A stretch of DNA of 64,000 nucleotides from Eledone cirrhosa (taxonomy: Eukaryota): the NCBI GenBank assembly GCA_964016885.1, contig OZ024744.1, positions 17,174,001-17,238,000 on the forward strand, read 5' to 3'. The notes under the pieces were generated by a model that was not told where the DNA came from, ran no database searches, and saw only the letters and a program-made list of their open reading frames with translations. Made by a program: the position numbers and the translations under genes. Below, in pieces: positions 57,901-64,000 of the stretch; within the stretch, counting starts at the first letter, position 1, and every line of letters begins with the position of its first letter.

Positions 57901-60900
57901 CACCATCAGACATTGACGGCAGGTTGATACTCTTTGCTGACCTGTACATCATCAGATACTGACGATCGTTTGATAATCATTGCTGACCTGTACACCAACA
58001 GGTATTGACGGCAAGTTGATACACATTGTTGACCTGTACGCCATCAGGTATTGACGACAGGTTGATACTCATTGCTGACCTGTACACCATCTGACATTGA
58101 TGACAGGTTGATACTCATTGCTGACCTGTACACCATCAGACATTGACGGCAGGTTGATACTCATTGCTGACCTGTACACCATCATATATTGACGGCAGGT
58201 TGGTATTCATTGCTGACCTGTACACCATCAGACATTGACGACAGGTTGATACTCATTGCTGACGTGTACACCATCAAACACTGAGGGCAGGTTGATACTC
58301 ATAGTTGACCTGTACACCATCATGTATTGACGACAGGTTGATACTCATTAGTGACCTGTACACCATCATACATTAACGGCAGGTTGATACTCATTGCTGA
58401 CCTGTACACCATAAGACATTGACGGCAGGTTAATACTCATTGCTGACCTGTACACCATCAGACATTGACGACAGGTTGATACTAATTGCTGACCTGTACA
58501 CCATCAGACATTGACGACAGGTTGATACTCATTGCTGACCTGCACACCATCGGGTATTGACGACAGATTGATACTCATTGCTGACCTGTACACCATCAGG
58601 TACCGACGGCAGGTTGATACTCATTGCTGACCTGTACACCATCAGACATTGACGACAGGTTGATACTCATTGCTGACCTGCACACCATCGGGTATTGACG
58701 ACAGGTTGATACTCATTGCTGACCTGTACACCATCAGGTACCGACGGCAGGTTGATACTCATTGCTGACCTGTACACCATCAGACATTGACGACAAGGTT
58801 GATACTCATTGCTGACCTGTACACCATTAGGTATTGACGACAGGTTGATATTCATTGCTGACCTGTACACCATCAGGTACAGACGGCAGGTTGATACTCA
58901 TTGCTGACCTGTACACCATCAGACATTGACGACAGGTTGATACCCATTGCTGACCTGTACACCATCAGACATTGATGACATGTTGATACTCATTGCTGAC
59001 CTGTACACATTAAGACATTGACGGCAGGTTGATACTCATTGCTGACCTGTACACCATCATATAATGACGAAAGGTTCAAACTCATTTCTGACCTGTACAC
59101 CATCAGACATTGACGGCAGGCTGATACTCATTGCTGACCTGTACACCATCAGACATTGACGGCAGGTTGATACTCTTTGCTGACCTGTACACCATCAGAT
59201 ACTGACGATCGTTTGATAATCATTGCTGACCTGTACACCAACAGGTATTGACGACAGGTTGATACTCATTGCTGACTTGTACACCATCAGGTATTGACGG
59301 CAGGTTGATACACATTGTTGACCTGTACACCATCAGACATTGACGGCAGGTTGATACACATTGCTGACCTGTTCACCATCAGGTATTGACGACAGGTTGT
59401 TACTCATTGTTGACCTGTACACCATCAGACATTGACGGCAGGTTGATACTCATTGCTAACCTGTACACCATCAGACATTGACGACAGGTTGATACTCATT
59501 GCTGACCTGTACACCATCAGATACTGACGACAGGTTGATAATCATTGCTGACCTGTACACCATCAGACATTGACGGCAGGTTGATACTCATTGTTGACCT
59601 GTACAACATCAGATATTGACGACAGGTTGATACTCATTAGTGACCTGTACACCATCAGACATTCACGGCAGGTTGATACTCATTGCTGACCTGTACACCA
59701 TCTGACATTGATGACAGGTTGATACTCATTGCTGACCTGTACACCATCAGACATTGACGGCAGGTTGATACTCATTGCTGACCTGTACACCATCAGATAC
59801 TGACGACAGATTTATACTCATTGCTGACCTGTACACCATCAGATATTGACGACAGGTTGATACTCATTGCTGACCTGTACACCATCAAACACTGACGGCA
59901 GGTTGATACTCATAGTTGACCTGTACACCATCATGTATTGACGACAGGTTGATACTCATTAGTCACCTGTACCCCATCAGGTATTGACGGCAGGTTGATA
60001 CTCATTGCTGACCTGTACACCATCAGATATTGATGTCAGGTTGATACTCATTGCTGACCTGTACACCATCAGACATTGACGACAGGTTGATACTCATTGC
60101 TGTCCTATACACCATCAGATACTCACGACAGGTTGATACTCATTTCTGACCTGTACACCATAAGACATTGACGGCAGGTTGATACACATTGTTGGACTGT
60201 ACACCATCAGATACTCACGACAGTTTGATACTCATTGCTGATCTGTACACCATCAGGTATTGACGGCAGGTTGATACACATTGTTGACCTGTACACCATC
60301 AGGTATTGACGACAGGTTGATACACATTGTTGACCTGTACACCATCAGACATTGACGACAGGTTGATACTCATTGCTGACCTGTACACCATCAGACATTG
60401 ACGGCAGGTTGATACTCATTGCTGACCTGTACACCATCATATATTGCCGGCATGTTGATATTCATTGTTGACCTGTACACCATCAGACATTGACGACAGG
60501 TTGATACTCATTGCTGACCTGTACACCATCAGACATTGATGACAGTTTGATACTCATTGCTGACCTGTACACATTAAGACATTGACGGCAGGTTGATACT
60601 CATTGCTGGCCTGTACACCATCATATAATGACGAAAGGTTGATACTCATTTCTGACCTGTACACCATCAGACATTGATGACAGGTTGATACTCATTGCTG
60701 ACCTGTACACCATCAGGTATTGACGACAGGTTGATACTCATTGCTGACCTGTACACCATCAGGTACAGACGGCAGGTTGATACTCATTGCTGACCTGTAC
60801 ACCATCAGACATTGACGACAGGTTGATACTCATTGCTGACCTGTACACCATCAGGCATTGATTACAGGTTGATACTCATTGCTGACCTGTACACATTAAG

Positions 60901-63900
60901 ACATTGACGGCAGGTTGATACTCATTGCTGACCTGTACACCATCATATATTGCCGGCATGTTGATATTCATTGTTGACCTGTACACCATCAGACATTGAC
61001 GACAGGTTGATACTCATTGCTGACCTGTACACCATCAGACATTGATGACAGTTTGATACTCATTGCTGACCTGTACACATTAAGACATTGACGGCAGGTT
61101 GATACTCATTGCTGACCTGTACACCATCATATAATGACGAAAGGTTGATACTCATTTCTGACCTGTACACCATCAGACATTGACGACAAGGTTGATACTC
61201 ATTGCTGACCTGTACACCATTAGGTATTGACGACAGGTTGATATTCATTGCTGACCTGTACACCATCAGGTACAGACGGCAGGTTGATACTCATTGCTGA
61301 CCTGTACACCATCAGACATTGACGACAGGTTGATACCCATTGCTGACCTGTACACCATCAGACATTGATGACATGTTGATACTCATTGCTGACCTGTACA
61401 CATTAAGACATTGACGGCAGGTTGATACTCATTGCTGACCTGTACACCATCATATAATGACGAAAGGTTCAAACTCATTTCTGACCTGTACACCATCAGA
61501 CATTGACGGCAGGCTGATACTCATTGCTGACCTGTACACCATCAGACATTGACGGCAGGTTGATACTCTTTGCTGACCTGTACACCATCAGATACTGACG
61601 ATCGTTTGATAATCATTGCTGACCTGTACACCAACAGGTATTGACGACAGGTTGATACTCATTGCTGACTTGTACACCATCAGGTATTGACGGCAGGTTG
61701 ATACACATTGTTGACCTGTACACCATCAGACATTGACGGCAGGTTGATACACATTGCTGACCTGTTCACCATCAGGTATTGACGACAGGTTGTTACTCAT
61801 TGTTGACCTGTACACCATCAGACATTGACGGCAGGTTGATACTCATTGCTAACCTGTACACCATCAGACATTGACGACAGGTTGATACTCATTGCTGACC
61901 TGTACACCATCAGATACTGACGACAGGTTGATAATCATTGCTGACCTGTACACCATCAGACATTGACGGCAGGTTGATACTCATTGTTGACCTGTACAAC
62001 ATCAGATATTGACGACAGGTTGATACTCATTAGTGACCTGTACACCATCAGACATTCACGGCAGGTTGATACTCATTGCTGACCTGTACACCATCTGACA
62101 TTGATGACAGGTTGATACTCATTGCTGACCTGTACACCATCAGACATTGACGGCAGGTTGATACTCATTGCTGACCTGTACACCATCAGATACTGACGAC
62201 AGATTTATACTCATTGCTGACCTGTACACCATCAGATATTGACGACAGGTTGATACTCATTGCTGACCTGTACACCATCAAACACTGACGGCAGGTTGAT
62301 ACTCATAGTTGACCTGTACACCATCATGTATTGACGACAGGTTGATACTCATTAGTCACCTGTACCCCATCAGGTATTGACGGCAGGTTGATACTCATTG
62401 CTGACCTGTACACCATCAGATATTGATGTCAGGTTGATACTCATTGCTGACCTGTACACCATCAGACATTGACGACAGGTTGATACTCATTGCTGTCCTA
62501 TACACCATCAGATACTCACGACAGGTTGATACTCATTTCTGACCTGTACACCATAAGACATTGACGGCAGGTTGATACACATTGTTGGACTGTACACCAT
62601 CAGATACTCACGACAGTTTGATACTCATTGCTGATCTGTACACCATCAGGTATTGACGGCAGGTTGATACACATTGTTGACCTGTACACCATCAGGTATT
62701 GACGACAGGTTGATACACATTGTTGACCTGTACACCATCAGACATTGACGACAGGTTGATACTCATTGCTGACCTGTACACCATCAGACATTGACGGCAG
62801 GTTGATACTCATTGCTGACCTGTACACCATCATATATTGCCGGCATGTTGATATTCATTGTTGACCTGTACACCATCAGACATTGACGACAGGTTGATAC
62901 TCATTGCTGACCTGTACACCATCAGACATTGATGACAGTTTGATACTCATTGCTGACCTGTACACATTAAGACATTGACGGCAGGTTGATACTCATTGCT
63001 GGCCTGTACACCATCATATAATGACGAAAGGTTGATACTCATTTCTGACCTGTACACCATCAGACATTGATGACAGGTTGATACTCATTGCTGACCTGTA
63101 CACCATCAGGTATTGACGACAGGTTGATACTCATTGCTGACCTGTACACCATCAGGTACAGACGGCAGGTTGATACTCATTGCTGACCTGTACACCATCA
63201 GACATTGACGACAGGTTGATACTCATTGCTGACCTGTACACCATCAGGCATTGATTACAGGTTGATACTCATTGCTGACCTGTACACATTAAGACATTGA
63301 CGGCAGGTTGATACTCATTGCTGACCTGTACACCATCATATATTGCCGGCATGTTGATATTCATTGTTGACCTGTACACCATCAGACATTGACGACAGGT
63401 TGATACTCATTGCTGACCTGTACACCATCAGACATTGATGACAGTTTGATACTCATTGCTGACCTGTACACATTAAGACATTGACGGCAGGTTGATACTC
63501 ATTGCTGACCTGTACACCATCATATAATGACGAAAGGTTGATACTCATTTCTGACCTGTACACCATCAGACATTGACGGCAGTTGATACACATTGTTGAC
63601 CTGTACACCATCAGACATTGACGGCAGGTTGATACTCATTGCTGACCTGTACACCATCAGACATTGACGGCAGGTTGATACTCTTTGCTGACCTGTACAC
63701 CATCAGATACTGACGACAGGTTGATACTCATTGCTGACCTGTACACCATCAGATATTGACGACAGATTGATACTCATTGCTGACCTGTACACCATCATGT
63801 ATTGACGACAGGTTGATACTCATTAGTGACCTGTACACCATCATACATTAACGGAGTTTTGATACTCATTGCTGACCTGTACACCATAAGACATTGACGG

Positions 63901-64000
63901 CAGGTTAATACTCATTGCTGACATGTACACCATCAGACATTGACGACAGGTTGATACTAATTGCTGACCTGTACACCATCAGACATTGACGACAGGTTGA
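24958..64000 (+). repeat. 46-bp tandem satellite, about 850 monomers, running off the window end; consensus GACCTGTACACCATCAGACATTGACG(A/G)CAGGTTGATACTCATTGCT
   Basis: GACCTG recurs at 25089 and 25135 (46 bp apart) and onward; head-to-tail in one orientation, with no insertions seen. Confidence 0.98.

Noticed and set aside
33821-61266. Recurrent MVYRSAMSINL ORFs of 61-76 aa
   Set aside because: They are chance read-through of satellite monomers after indels or stop-removing variants; I used them only as duplication markers.
24958-64000. CRISPR-like regular array
   Set aside because: Monomers are contiguous with no unique spacers, there are no cas genes, and the context is eukaryotic.
24958-64000. 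Hammerhead-bearing satellite like newt satellite 2 or schistosome Sm-alpha (the minus strand has CTGATGG)
   Set aside because: The box is CUGAUGG rather than CUGANGA, and the consensus monomer has no GAAA box.

Overview
Eukaryotic, gene-free and repeat-dominated DNA. The microsatellite density and SINE type suggest an octopus or another mollusc (inference only). There are three zones. (1) 1-13 kb is a (TA)n-rich cluster of retroelement remnants. It includes a near full-length Neptune-type Penelope-like element (PLE, 587-6019) with direct pseudo-LTRs and an inverted pLTR copy. This element has an upstream coiled-coil-like ORF1 joined to the RT/GIY-YIG ORF by an in-phase T_TTT_TTA heptamer, a candidate -1 frameshift site. 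The zone also holds a second, 5'-truncated PLE (minus strand), further PLE-like 3' ends, at least four minimal type I hammerhead ribozyme motifs (one with a U3-A8 core covariant), a tRNA-derived SINE head, a TIR/foldback element and an RTE-like LINE C-terminus with three C2H2 fingers. (2) About 13.0-24.96 kb is a strand-biased (ACACCATAC/ACACACCATAC)n complex minisatellite with a 1678-bp duplication. (3) From about 24.96 kb to the end is an uninterrupted 46-bp satellite of about 850 monomers, with nested higher-order duplications. Nearly all ORFs in the provided track beyond 13 kb, and those in the TA/TG tracts, are artefacts of the repeats.
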